From: an uncultured Gemmatimonadales bacterium | Lineage (GTDB): Bacteria > Gemmatimonadota > Gemmatimonadetes > Gemmatimonadales > Gemmatimonadaceae | Direction of reading: 5' to 3' | Assembly (NCBI GenBank): GCA_963850905.1 | Contig: CAWKMU010000003.1 | Span: 1,792,001-1,856,000 of the forward strand | DNA: 64,000 nt | In this document: positions 20,345-30,451 of the stretch, one piece after another | Position numbering within the stretch: position 1 is the first letter of the stretch | Layout of the letters: each line of letters begins with the position of its first letter | Notes under the pieces: generated by a model | Database searches by the model: none | Told to the model about the DNA's origin: nothing | The model's input: only the letters and a program-made list of their open reading frames with translations | Translations under genes and position numbers: made by a program

Positions 20345-22635
20345 CGCGCGGCCGACGCAAATCGAGCGAAGACGAGTCGAACGCCAAGCCCCCGTATGGC
20401 GCAGCGGCGATCGCGGCGCTCCTCGTGTTTCTGCTCTATGCGATCACTCTCGCGCAGTCCACCGCGATGTGGGACACCAGCGAGTACATCGCGGCCGCAT
20501 ATGTGCTGGGGATCCCGCATCCGCCGGGCAATCCATTCTTCGTGCTCCTCGGCCATGTCTTCACGCTGCTCCCCATCGCGCCAACGATCGCCCAGCGTGT
20601 CAACGTCATGGCTGCGCTCACCAGCGCGGCATCGGCGGGGATTTGGTTTCTCGTGGCCGAGCGGGTGCTGGCCGGCTGGTTGTCGGCGCGGTGGCTTCGC
20701 ATAGTCGGGGCGTCGGCCGCTGTCCTGATCGGCGCGACGGCGTTCACCGTGTGGGATCAATCGATTGTCAACGAGAAAGTCTATACCATCTCGCTGCTGT
20801 TCTTTGCGATCGTGGCATGGCTCATGGTGCGGTGGTCGGATGACCCCCACGGCCCCAAAGCGGACAAGCTCCTCATCCTGAGCGCGTTCCTCGTGGGGCT
20901 GGGCTATACCAACCACCCCGCGGGATTCCTGGTGATACCGGCTGTGGGCGTCGCAATCCTCGCTCGCCGGCCACGCGTCCTACTCGACCGCCGCCTCATC
21001 ATCCGCTGTGCCGCCGCGCTTGCGCTCGGGCTCACGCCATTTCTGTTCGAGCCCATCCGCGCCGCACAATTCCCGGCCCTCAACGAGGGCGAGACGACGG
21101 CTTGCGAAACACACCTCGCGCTCTCCTGTACGCTCAACCACGAGACCTGGCAGCGCGTCGCGGCTCACATCACGCGCGAGCAGTATGGGCCGCACGATGA
21201 TGCCGTGCGACAGGCGCCGCTGTCCGCGCAGCTCGGGATGTACTGGCTCTACTTCAAGTGGCAATGGGTCCGCGACGCGACGGGCCGGCATCCGGGCCTG
21301 CAGAACGCGGCCGCGGCGCTCTTCCTCATCTTGGGGTTATTCGGTGCGTACGCTCACTGGCGCTACGATCGCCGCAGCATGTGGTTCTTCGCCGCATTGG
21401 TGTTCACGGTGGCGCCGGCGCTCATCTGGTACATGAATTTCAAGTACGGCTCATCGCAGGCGCCCGAGCTCGGCCAATCGGTCGCCCGCGAACCCCGCGA
21501 CCGCGACTACTTCTATCTCTGGAGCTACTCGACCTGGAGCGTCTGGGTCGCGCTGGGTCTCATGTGGCTCTGGGAATCGCTCGCTGGCGCGATCCAATGG
21601 TCCGCGGGCGGCCAATCCGCGTCACGGGTCGGCGAGGGAGGTGCGATCCCCACGCGTAACTGGCTCGCGACCGCCCCGGTCCTGGTGATCGCGCTCATCC
21701 CCTTCATCGCGAACCATGGCGTGGCCCCGCGGCGCGAGCAGGTCGCAACACGCGATGTCGCCAAAGATCTGCTCAACTCCGTGGAGCCATACGGGATCCT
21801 CGTCACCGTTGGCGACAACGACCTCTTTCCGCTCTGGTACGCGCAGGAAGTCGAAGGCGTCCGCAAGGACGTGCTCGTCGTCACGACAGCGTTGCTCGGC
21901 ACGAACTGGTATGCGGGCCAGCTGATCCGGCGGCCAGTCTACACATACGACTCGCTCGCAGGACCGCCTGTCTATCGGGGCCGTGCGTGGCCCAAACCCA
22001 CTCGTCCGCCGCTCGCGATGACGATCGATCAGTCGCGACTGGTGCCCGAGGTCGTGCCGCTCTCGGCCAGCGTCGTCTTCCGCAAGCCGGGAACCAATCT
22101 CGTTGCACGCATCGATCCCGCCCGCCTCCCCCTGGCGGGGCTGACGCGAGATCAGCTGTTCGTGCTGCACCTCATCGCAGACAACTCCGGCCGCCCGGTG
22201 TTCTTCAGCGCGACCGACGGATCGTATCCGAACGAGCTGGGTCTGGGAGACTACTTGCTCACGCAAGGGCTCGCGCGCAAGGTCGTCGATGACATCCCCG
22301 CCGCGACGCGAGACACGGTGGGAGTGCCGGGGGCAGGGTGGATCGACACGAGCCGGTCGCTCGCGCTGTGGAACGGACTGTCCGCCCCGCGTACGATGCT
22401 CGCACACCCTGGCTGGGTCGACCGAGCCTCCGTCCAGATGCCGATGCTCTACGTCGTGCAGGGGGCGATCCTCGCAGAGGCATTGGATCGGCGCGGCCTT
22501 CCCGGCGACACGACCCGCGCGCGTGACGTCCTCGCGCTGTCGGAGCGGCTCGCCGACGACGTCGGCCTGGGAGACATCTTTCGGCCGCGACAAGCAGTCC
22601 AGCCGTCACTGGGTGATACGCCAGTGACGCGGTAA
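20341..22635 (+). CDS. DUF2723/TMEM260-like multi-TM protein (putative GT-C protein glycosyltransferase)
   Basis: WDTSEYIAAAYVLGIPHPPGNP, REPRDRDYFY and GDNDLFPLWYAQEVEG; ATGA overlap with FecR. Confidence 0.88.
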   Translation: MTRGRRKSSEDESNAKPPYGAAAIAALLVFLLYAITLAQSTAMWDTSEYIAAAYVLGIPHPPGNPFFVLLGHVFTLLPIAPTIAQRVNVMAALTSAASAGIWFLVAERVLAGWLSARWLRIVGASAAVLIGATAFTVWDQSIVNEKVYTISLLFFAIVAWLMVRWSDDPHGPKADKLLILSAFLVGLGYTNHPAGFLVIPAVGVAILARRPRVLLDRRLIIRCAAALALGLTPFLFEPIRAAQFPALNEGETTACETHLALSCTLNHETWQRVAAHITREQYGPHDDAVRQAPLSAQLGMYWLYFKWQWVRDATGRHPGLQNAAAALFLILGLFGAYAHWRYDRRSMWFFAALVFTVAPALIWYMNFKYGSSQAPELGQSVAREPRDRDYFYLWSYSTWSVWVALGLMWLWESLAGAIQWSAGGQSASRVGEGGAIPTRNWLATAPVLVIALIPFIANHGVAPRREQVATRDVAKDLLNSVEPYGILVTVGDNDLFPLWYAQEVEGVRKDVLVVTTALLGTNWYAGQLIRRPVYTYDSLAGPPVYRGRAWPKPTRPPLAMTIDQSRLVPEVVPLSASVVFRKPGTNLVARIDPARLPLAGLTRDQLFVLHLIADNSGRPVFFSATDGSYPNELGLGDYLLTQGLARKVVDDIPAATRDTVGVPGAGWIDTSRSLALWNGLSAPRTMLAHPGWVDRASVQMPMLYVVQGAILAEALDRRGLPGDTTRARDVLALSERLADDVGLGDIFRPRQAVQPSLGDTPVTR

Positions 22636-22665
22636 GCGGCGGGCGCCCAGCACCCGCTCTTCAGT

Positions 22666-24573
22666 CTAGGGCAGGACCGTGAGGTCCACGGCGGACGCGG
22701 CCCCCACCTGGTGATACACGCGTTCGTGGGCCGTTTGGAAATCCGCCGCCGCTGCCTGGTTGATGTTCTCGAAGCGCTGCGGGTTGCGATCCACGAGTGG
22801 GAACCACGAGCTCTGGACCTGCACCATGATGCGGTGACCGGGCTTGAACTGGTGGAACGCGTCGGGCAGCGTGAACGTGACGGGCGTGACCTGTCCGGGC
22901 ACGAAGGCCGTCGGATGCTCCAGGCTCGCTCGGAACTTCCCGCGCATGACCTCCGCTCTGACGAGCTGCTGATAGCCGCCCATGACCACCTGGTGTGGGT
23001 TGGGGTTCGGGTTGGGCGTGTCGTCGGGGTACACGTCGATGAGCTTCACGACCCAGTCCGCGTCGGTGCCGCTCGTCGAGACATAGAGCTTCGCCGTGAT
23101 TGGACCGGCGATCACCAGCGGATTGACCAAGGGCGCCGTTTCGTAGACCAGCACGTCAGGTCGTTCGGAGGCGAAGCGCTGATCGATCGCCATGTATTCA
23201 GCGGGGCGCTCACTCTGGATGCCGGACATGTAGGGCACGGGGTGGGCCGGGTCGCTCACGTACTCGTCGTACCCTGCGGCGGCGGCGCGCGGCGGCAGGG
23301 TGTCGAGGCGGCACTCCGACTGGAAATACAGCGTACGCGTCGCAACGCCGCGCGGCGGCCAGGCCTCGAACGTGCGCCACTGGTTTGCGCCGGTCTCATA
23401 GACGAAGGCGCCCCATGATCCCAGATCGCCTTTGTCCTTGAGGTAGTGCTCGAAGAACGGCAACTCCGCCCGTTCGTGATAGTCGTCCGCCGTCTTGGTC
23501 GGGAAAACGAGGTCGGTAAAGTGGCCGCCATCGGTCAGGAACCATCCGGCGTGGAACCAGGGGCCCATGACCAGGCGGGTGGCCTGATTGGCACGCGCGG
23601 CTGCGTGGTAGACCGCGAGCGTGCCCCAGAGGTCTTCCGCATCGAACCAGCCGCCGACGACCATGACGGCGGCTGGGATATCGTGGATGTGCGGGATCGG
23701 CGTTCGCGCTTTCCAGAACGCGTCGTACGTCGGATGGGCGAGGACGGAGTCGAAGAACGGGACCTGATGATGGAGGTAGCGGGCGTCCACCATCGGCAGC
23801 GGCCCCACGCTGTCGAGAAAAAAGCGATACTCGTCCGGCTTGAAGTGCTCGAGGCCATGGGTGCGCTCGTTGGTCGGCGTCGGCCGGGCGACGCCGAATC
23901 CCGACATAAAGTCGAACGCGTCGGTGAGAAAGAGCGCCCCGTTGTGATGAAAATCATCGCCCCGGAACCAGTCGGTCACGGGCGCCTGCGGCGAGACCGC
24001 CTTGAGCGCGGGATGTCGGCTCAGGACCCCCAGGGTGCTGTAATAGCCCAGGTACGAGATGCCGTACTGGCCGACGCGCCCGTTGTTGTGCGGGATGTTC
24101 TTGAGAAGCCAATCGATCGAGTCGTAGGTGTCGGTGGCTTCGTCGACGTCACCCGGGCCCGGGTGATCATGATACGGTGGTACGTCGATGAAGGTGCCCT
24201 CCGAGAGGAATTTCCCCCGGACGTCCTGGAACGCGAAGATGTAGCCCGCTCGCGCAAACGATTCCGCGGGGCCGACCGGATGAAAATATTCGTCAGCTCC
24301 GTACGGCGTGCGGGTGAGCAGGATCGGGTAGGACGTCGACGTGTCCTTGGGGGTGAACACGATCGTGCGCAGCCGCACGCCGTCGCGCGTGGGCACCATG
24401 AGATCGTGTCGATCGTAGCGCTCGACGACGAATGCGGGCACCGAATCCTGGCCGTGCAGGGGCGCGACCATGGCGAGCCAGCTGATCCCGGTGGCGACAG
24501 TGGCCAGGAGCACGCATGGCGCCGGGGTCCTTCTCCAAGGCGCAGCGGTTTTCGGTCGGATGATTATTGCCAT
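22666..24573 (-). CDS. CocE/NonD-family hydrolase (alpha-amino acid ester hydrolase-like)
   Basis: TRTPYG, QDVRGKFLSEG, GISYLG, GGWFDAED and GPWFH; signal peptide. Confidence 0.93.
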   Translation of the reverse strand: MAIIIRPKTAAPWRRTPAPCVLLATVATGISWLAMVAPLHGQDSVPAFVVERYDRHDLMVPTRDGVRLRTIVFTPKDTSTSYPILLTRTPYGADEYFHPVGPAESFARAGYIFAFQDVRGKFLSEGTFIDVPPYHDHPGPGDVDEATDTYDSIDWLLKNIPHNNGRVGQYGISYLGYYSTLGVLSRHPALKAVSPQAPVTDWFRGDDFHHNGALFLTDAFDFMSGFGVARPTPTNERTHGLEHFKPDEYRFFLDSVGPLPMVDARYLHHQVPFFDSVLAHPTYDAFWKARTPIPHIHDIPAAVMVVGGWFDAEDLWGTLAVYHAAARANQATRLVMGPWFHAGWFLTDGGHFTDLVFPTKTADDYHERAELPFFEHYLKDKGDLGSWGAFVYETGANQWRTFEAWPPRGVATRTLYFQSECRLDTLPPRAAAAGYDEYVSDPAHPVPYMSGIQSERPAEYMAIDQRFASERPDVLVYETAPLVNPLVIAGPITAKLYVSTSGTDADWVVKLIDVYPDDTPNPNPNPHQVVMGGYQQLVRAEVMRGKFRASLEHPTAFVPGQVTPVTFTLPDAFHQFKPGHRIMVQVQSSWFPLVDRNPQRFENINQAAAADFQTAHERVYHQVGAASAVDLTVLP

Positions 24574-24800
24574 AGGTTCGGCGGCGAGGGTTGTGGATTG
24601 CCGTGGCCTTCGGGGGCCAGCCACTAGCGCTGAGTGCGCCCGTGCGCATTCTACACCACACGGTGGCGCGGCCGCGACCCATTCGGTCGACGTCCTCGTG
24701 ATCTGGCAGAACGCCTGCCGACATCTCACGACCCTTCAGATCCGAGCTGAATCCGTTCCGCAGTGATGCATCGCCCCTTCCACTGGACGCGAGGTGCTCA

Positions 24801-26183
24801 ATGACGCTGACGATTGCGCAGGATCAGACGAGGGCGACGGTAGCACATCGGGTCGAGTCGACCTACCGCCTGCGGACGCTGCAGTCGCGCGCATTCCACG
24901 AGCGGGCGGTGCACAGCTTGCCTGGAGGCAGCACGCGAGCGGGCACGTTCTACCTCCCATACCCGACTTACATGGCCCGTGGCCGCGGATGCCGGTTGAC
25001 GGACGTCGATGACAACGTGTACATCGACTGCCTCAGCAACTACACATCATTGATTCATGGGCACGCGCACCCCTCGCTCACGTCGACGCTGTCCGTGCAC
25101 GCGGCGCGGGGCACCGCGCACGGTGCGCCAGTCGAGGCCGAGATCGCGCTCGCCGAATTGATCGCGCACCGTGTGCGATCAGTCGAGCTACTCCGCTTCA
25201 CCAATTCCGGCACCGAAGCCGTTATGGGCGCCATCCGCGCCGCTCGTGCGGCAACTGGTCGCGCCAAAGTCCTGAAAATGGAGGGCGGGTACCACGGGAG
25301 CTATGACGCGGCCGAGGTAAGCGTCGATCCGGGGTTGGACGCGCCGGCGTGGCCGACGGGCCGCCCGGATGGAGCCGGGCTCTCGCCGGGGCTGGGAGGG
25401 GAAGTGCTCATCGCGCCGTTCAACGATCTGGCCACCGCGTCCGCGCTCATCGATCGGCACCGCCGCGACCTCGCGGCCGTGATCGTCGAGCCGGTCATGA
25501 CCGCGGCCGGCGTGATCCCCGCAACCGACGAATTTCTTCGCGGGTTGCGGACGGCGACCGCGGCGGCCGGGGTGCTCCTCATCCTGGACGAGGTCGTGAC
25601 GTTCCGGCTCGCCACCGGCGGCGCCCAGCAGCGCTACGGGATTTCGCCCGACCTGACGACATTCGCGAAGATCATCGGCGGGGGACTGCCGATTGGCGCT
25701 TTCGGCGGGTCCGCGGCGATCATGCGCGCGTTTGATGTGCGCTGCCCCGGTGCGATCACAGTATCGGGGACGTTCAACGGCAATCTCGCCGCCATGGCGA
25801 TGGGCCTGACGGCACTCGACCTCCTCACCACGGGCGAGATCGACCGGATCAATGAGCTGGGCGACCGCCTTCGCCACGGGCTCCAAACGGCGGCCGACGA
25901 GAGCGACTTCCCGGCGCTGATCACCGGCATGGGATCGCTCGCCCACATTCACGCAGGTCAAGCGCCATCCGCACCGATATCCAGCTACCGCGAATCCCGG
26001 TGTGACTCGCGGGAGCTCGCAGCGCTCGTCCACCTCGAGTTGCTGAACCGCGGCGTGTTCATCGCGCCGCGCGGGATGTTCTGCGTGTCGACGCCCATGA
26101 CCGAAGCGACAATCGACGGAGTGATCGCCGCTTTCCGCGAGGTGGCTGCCACCCTCGCGCCGGCGGCACACAGCTCGGGGTGA
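24801..26183 (+). CDS. Class-III PLP aminotransferase, glutamate-1-semialdehyde aminomutase-like
   Basis: FTNSGTEA, GGYHG, LILDEVVT, FAKIIGGGLPIGAFGG and SGTFNGN. Confidence 0.9.
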   Translation: MTLTIAQDQTRATVAHRVESTYRLRTLQSRAFHERAVHSLPGGSTRAGTFYLPYPTYMARGRGCRLTDVDDNVYIDCLSNYTSLIHGHAHPSLTSTLSVHAARGTAHGAPVEAEIALAELIAHRVRSVELLRFTNSGTEAVMGAIRAARAATGRAKVLKMEGGYHGSYDAAEVSVDPGLDAPAWPTGRPDGAGLSPGLGGEVLIAPFNDLATASALIDRHRRDLAAVIVEPVMTAAGVIPATDEFLRGLRTATAAAGVLLILDEVVTFRLATGGAQQRYGISPDLTTFAKIIGGGLPIGAFGGSAAIMRAFDVRCPGAITVSGTFNGNLAAMAMGLTALDLLTTGEIDRINELGDRLRHGLQTAADESDFPALITGMGSLAHIHAGQAPSAPISSYRESRCDSRELAALVHLELLNRGVFIAPRGMFCVSTPMTEATIDGVIAAFREVAATLAPAAHSSG

Positions 26184-26303
26184 GCGCTCACCATCAGCCT
26201 GGCTGGTTACACAATTGGTGCACGGGCGCTGTTTCGCGCGCGGGCGCGCGCGGGAATCTTTGACTGTTCCGCGCGTTTTGCCGCGACCTTTGCTCCCTCC
26301 ACT

Positions 26304-27827
26304 ATGTCGACCGACATCTCCCGCCGCGAAATGCTCCGCGCCGCCGGCGGCGCGACGTTCCTGGCACTCATTCCCACGGGTCGGCTCGCGTTTCCGTTCG
26401 CGCTGCCGTCACTCGCGAGCGACCCGCCACTGCTCTTTACGGCACTGCCATATATCCAGCCGGGCCCGAACAGTACGCTGGTTGCGGGCGCCGAGTCGGT
26501 CGTGATCGCGTGGCAGACCGAGCACAAGCCGCGGGATTTCACCGTCGAATACGGTCCCACGACCCAGTACGGGCACCGAGCGGCGGTGACCGTGGTTGAC
26601 AGACCGGGCCCGACGCCGGACGAAGCGCGCCTCAACTACGCAGCGACGGTCCCGAAGCTCGATCTCGGTCGCCGTTATCTCTATCGGGTCCGCGAGGGGA
26701 CGCGAACGGTGGTCGAGGGCTACTTCACGACCCGCAAGCCGCGAGGGACCGCGATCCGCTTCGTCGCCTTCGGCGACAACTCCTATGGCGATCCGGGGCA
26801 GCGCGCCGTCGCGTGGTACGCGCACCAGGCACGCCCCGACTTCGTCATGAACACTGGTGACAACGTGTACGAGAGCGGACTCGACTCCGAGTACATCAAG
26901 TATTTCTTCCCGATCTACAACGCCGACCTCGGGAGTCCGCAAACGGGTGCCCCGCTGCTCCGGAGCGTGCCATTCTATACGGTGCTGGCCAATCACGACG
27001 TGCACGGTAAGGACGTGGGGAAGGGGCCGGCTGCGGACTTCACCAAAGCGCCCGATGCGCTGGGCTATTACACAGCGATGCACCTGCCGATGAACGGGCC
27101 GGCCACGACGCCGCAACCCACACCGCTCCTCGGCCCGGCGGATGCGTTCCGCGCGGCGGCGGGGGAGCGGTATCCCCGGATGCAGATCTACTCGTTCGAC
27201 TACGGCGACGCGCACTTCCTCTGCCTCGACTCCAACGACTACATCGATCCGACGAACCCCGCGTGGTCCGAGTTCATCGAGCAGGACCTCACGCACACCG
27301 ACGCGATCTGGAAGATCGTCGTCTACCATCACCCAGCGTTCAACGTCGGCCACAATCATTATGCCGAGCAACACATGCGGGTCTTCTCGCCGCTCTTCGA
27401 GCGGCTCGGGGTCTCACTCGTGTTGGCGGGTCACGAGCACGTGTACCAGCGGACGCGCCCCTTCACCTTCGCGCCCGCGGGGCCCGGCGCAGCGCCCAAT
27501 GTCGGCACCGGTAAGCGACTCGTGCCCGGTACCTTCGCCATCGACACTGCTTTCGATGGGGAGTCCGTGACGACACCGCACGGCATTATCTACATCACCA
27601 CTGGCGCTGGCGGCAAAGAGCTCTACGATCCCGGGTTCACCAACGCGCCCGATCAGTGGCTGCACGACGAGGACGGCCGGGCGGCCTACAACGCCCACAT
27701 GTTCACCGACCTGCACTCGTTCACGGTCATCGAGATCGATGGACGCACCCTGAGCTTGCGCCAGCTCGACGAGAACGGGCACGAAGTTGATCGAATCAAG
27801 GTGCAGGCGCCCATGGCGAAGACCTAG
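26304..27827 (+). CDS. Tat-exported purple acid phosphatase-like metallophosphoesterase
   Basis: SRREMLR Tat signal; FGD, TGDNVY, ANHD, YHHP and GHEH metal motifs. Confidence 0.9.
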   Translation: MSTDISRREMLRAAGGATFLALIPTGRLAFPFALPSLASDPPLLFTALPYIQPGPNSTLVAGAESVVIAWQTEHKPRDFTVEYGPTTQYGHRAAVTVVDRPGPTPDEARLNYAATVPKLDLGRRYLYRVREGTRTVVEGYFTTRKPRGTAIRFVAFGDNSYGDPGQRAVAWYAHQARPDFVMNTGDNVYESGLDSEYIKYFFPIYNADLGSPQTGAPLLRSVPFYTVLANHDVHGKDVGKGPAADFTKAPDALGYYTAMHLPMNGPATTPQPTPLLGPADAFRAAAGERYPRMQIYSFDYGDAHFLCLDSNDYIDPTNPAWSEFIEQDLTHTDAIWKIVVYHHPAFNVGHNHYAEQHMRVFSPLFERLGVSLVLAGHEHVYQRTRPFTFAPAGPGAAPNVGTGKRLVPGTFAIDTAFDGESVTTPHGIIYITTGAGGKELYDPGFTNAPDQWLHDEDGRAAYNAHMFTDLHSFTVIEIDGRTLSLRQLDENGHEVDRIKVQAPMAKT

Positions 27828-27865
27828 CGGCCACGGGCGCCAAAGCGCCCGATACAGTACACCTG

Positions 27866-27930
27866 CAGAGAGTAGAGAGTAGACTTGGGCGGTCCTTGTC
27901 TACTTTCTACTTTCTGTCGGTCCACTTTCT
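27866..27930. repeat. Heptamer tandem-repeat hairpin (AGAGAGT / ACTTTCT)
   Basis: CAGAGAGTAGAGAGTAGAC (27866-27884) pairs with GTCTACTTTCTACTTTCTG (27898-27916) using two G-U pairs. Confidence 0.7.
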
Positions 27931-27953
27931 CGGGCGCGTAGCGCCCGCCCCAG

Positions 27954-29867
27954 ATGCCCCTACTCGAGCTGCTCTTCGGTACGCCACTCCGCACAGATGA
28001 GCAGGATGAGCAGCGGATTGGCGCGGCGCGGGGGATTCCGGTCCTCGGGCTCGATGCGCTGTCATCGGCCGCGTACGGACCGGAAGCGGCGCTCACCGTG
28101 TTGCTGGTCGTGGGTGCCGCGGCGAGTCACTACCTCATTCCGATCACCGCCATCATCCTCTGCGTGTTCGTGGCGGTCTATCTGTCGTACCGGCAGACCA
28201 TCGAGGCATACCCTGGCGGTGGCGGATCGTACACGGTCGCGTCGCAGAACCTCGGGCCATATCCCGGGCTGCTCGCCGCGAGCGCTCTCTCGCTCGACTA
28301 CATCCTCAATGTGGCGGTGGGAATTTCGGCGGGGGTCGGCGCGATCGTATCGGCGATTCCATCGCTCCTGCGGTACACGCTCCCCCTCGGCCTCGCAATC
28401 CTGCTGTTGCTGACGCTGGTCAATCTCCGCGGCATTCGGGAGTCGGGCCTCATGTTCCTCCTGCCCACCTATCTCTTCGTTGGAACGCTCGGTCTCGTGA
28501 TCGTGCTGGGATTGGTTCGGAGCATCCTGACGCATGGCCATCCGGTAGCGGTCACGCCAGTGCCCTCCCCGGTGCCTGCGACCGCCGCGGTCACCACGTG
28601 GCTTCTGGTCCGATCATTTGCGAGCGGCACGACGGCGATGACGGGCGTCGAAGCGGTCAGCAACGGGGTGCCCCTGTTTCGCGACCCTGCCGTACGGACG
28701 GCGAATCGGACACTCACGGCGATCGTCGGGCTGCTCGTCCTCCTGCTCGCCGGAATCGCGTATCTCTGCCCAGTCTACCACATCGCCGCCACTCCGCCGG
28801 GCGCCGAAGGCTATCAGAGCGTGCTCTCTCAGCTCACCGGGGCCGTTCTCGGGAACGGCGTGCTCTACTTCGTGACAATGACGTCGGTGGTGACGGTGCT
28901 GTGCCTATCGGCCAACACGAGTTTCGCCGATTTCCCACGGCTGGGTCGCGTCCTCGCGCTCGATCGCTACCTCCCGCTCCAGTTCGCCCACCCGGGGCGC
29001 CGCCTCGTGTACACCACCGGCATCGTGCTGCTCAGTCTGATGGCCGGCGTGCTGCTCCTGATTTTTGGCGGTGTCACTGACCGTCTGATCCCGCTGTTCG
29101 CTGTCGGTGCGTTGCTCGCCTTCACGTTGTCTCAGTGGGGGATGGTCGCGCACTGGCGGCGCGTCGGCGGACCTCACGCACGACGCTCGCTCATTCTCAA
29201 CGGATTGGGCGCAACCGCGACGTCGATCACCGTGCTGGTCGTGATCGTCAGCAAGTTCACCGAGGGCGCGTGGGTCACCGTGCTCATCATCCCGCTGTTC
29301 ATGCTGTTTTTCCTGGCGGCGCACCACTCGCACGAGCGGGTCGATCGCGCGATCATGGCCGAAGGCACTGAGTCGCAGCCGTTGTCTCTGGCTGGGATCA
29401 AGCCGCCGATCGTCATCGTGCCACTGCGCCGGCTCGACCTGATCGCGCGCAAAGGGCTCCAGTTTGCCCTGTCGATCTCTCCCGATGTGAACGCCGTCCT
29501 GGTGGTCACCGACGACCCGCTGGCAGACGCCCTGTGCGTGACCGGGATGGAAGGGATCTGGCCGAGTCTCGTGGACGCGCCGCTCAAGGCCGCGGGCTAT
29601 CCACCAGTGTCGTTCGTGACCCTTCCATCGGCATACCGGGAGTTTCTCACGCCGTTCCTGAGCTACGTGCGCGGTGTGGCTGCGGCGCATCCTGACCGCA
29701 ACGTGGCCGTCGTCATCCCCGAGGTTGTGGAACGCCGGTGGTACGACGTCATCTTCGCGAGCCATCGGCCGGCGATCCTCAAAGCCGTCTTGCGACTTCG
29801 CGGCGGACCACGCGTGTTGGTCGTCGATGCGCCGTGGCACCTGGGCGACGAGGCTCCAGAGCCGTGA
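27954..29867 (+). CDS. APC-superfamily permease, KimA/YdaO-like K+ transporter
   Basis: DALSSAAYGPE, YPGGGGSY, TGVEAVSNG, ANTSFADFPRL and LIPLFAVG, plus a cytosolic C-terminal domain. Confidence 0.88.
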   Translation: MPLLELLFGTPLRTDEQDEQRIGAARGIPVLGLDALSSAAYGPEAALTVLLVVGAAASHYLIPITAIILCVFVAVYLSYRQTIEAYPGGGGSYTVASQNLGPYPGLLAASALSLDYILNVAVGISAGVGAIVSAIPSLLRYTLPLGLAILLLLTLVNLRGIRESGLMFLLPTYLFVGTLGLVIVLGLVRSILTHGHPVAVTPVPSPVPATAAVTTWLLVRSFASGTTAMTGVEAVSNGVPLFRDPAVRTANRTLTAIVGLLVLLLAGIAYLCPVYHIAATPPGAEGYQSVLSQLTGAVLGNGVLYFVTMTSVVTVLCLSANTSFADFPRLGRVLALDRYLPLQFAHPGRRLVYTTGIVLLSLMAGVLLLIFGGVTDRLIPLFAVGALLAFTLSQWGMVAHWRRVGGPHARRSLILNGLGATATSITVLVVIVSKFTEGAWVTVLIIPLFMLFFLAAHHSHERVDRAIMAEGTESQPLSLAGIKPPIVIVPLRRLDLIARKGLQFALSISPDVNAVLVVTDDPLADALCVTGMEGIWPSLVDAPLKAAGYPPVSFVTLPSAYREFLTPFLSYVRGVAAAHPDRNVAVVIPEVVERRWYDVIFASHRPAILKAVLRLRGGPRVLVVDAPWHLGDEAPEP

Positions 29868-30097
29868 CATCTACCGCGGGACGCCATTAACGTCCCGCCG
29901 AGTTGCACGTCAGACGAACGTTGCCGTACACAAGTCGGGGACCATCCCAACGGCCCAGTCATTGTGTCTTGACGCCTTGCTGACATCGCCAGACATTGCC
30001 AGAAGAGGTTGCGAAAGTTCGCGCGCGCCCCCCGTCTGGACGCACGCGGTACGTGACCCTATGTGGTGGTCTGGTTTCCTCGTAGCCGAGCATTGTC

Positions 30098-30451
30098 ATG
30101 ACGGACGAACGACCGAACGGGAAATCCGCACGTCGCGCACTCTCCAGTGCACTGCTGGCTGAGCTCCGGAGTGCGATTGCAGGGTACGTCAACCCGGTCG
30201 CTGACGACAATGACATCAGTCGCGCACTACGCGCGATCGGGGAGCAGGCGCGCGCCGAAGGCGTGCGGGCCGAGCAGCTCGTTACGTCGTTGAAGCGGGT
30301 CTACAATGCAGTCGTGCCGCCGCCGACGCTCGCCTCGCAGGACGCCCGCGCCAAACGCCTCGCAAACCTCGTGACGATCTGCGTTCGGGAGTACTACGCG
30401 TCCTGGCCGGAGACGGTCGGGGCGGAACCGCCGCCGACAGTCCCGAGCTGA
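30098..30451 (+). CDS. Small helical hypothetical protein
   Basis: EQARAEGVRAEQLVTSLK..LVTICVREYY pattern; coding-like composition. Confidence 0.65.
   Translation: MTDERPNGKSARRALSSALLAELRSAIAGYVNPVADDNDISRALRAIGEQARAEGVRAEQLVTSLKRVYNAVVPPPTLASQDARAKRLANLVTICVREYYASWPETVGAEPPPTVPS

Noticed and set aside
24801..26183. True hemL
   Set aside because: The N-terminus is divergent (LPGGSTR rather than GGVNSPVR) and no hem genes are nearby, so no gene symbol was assigned.
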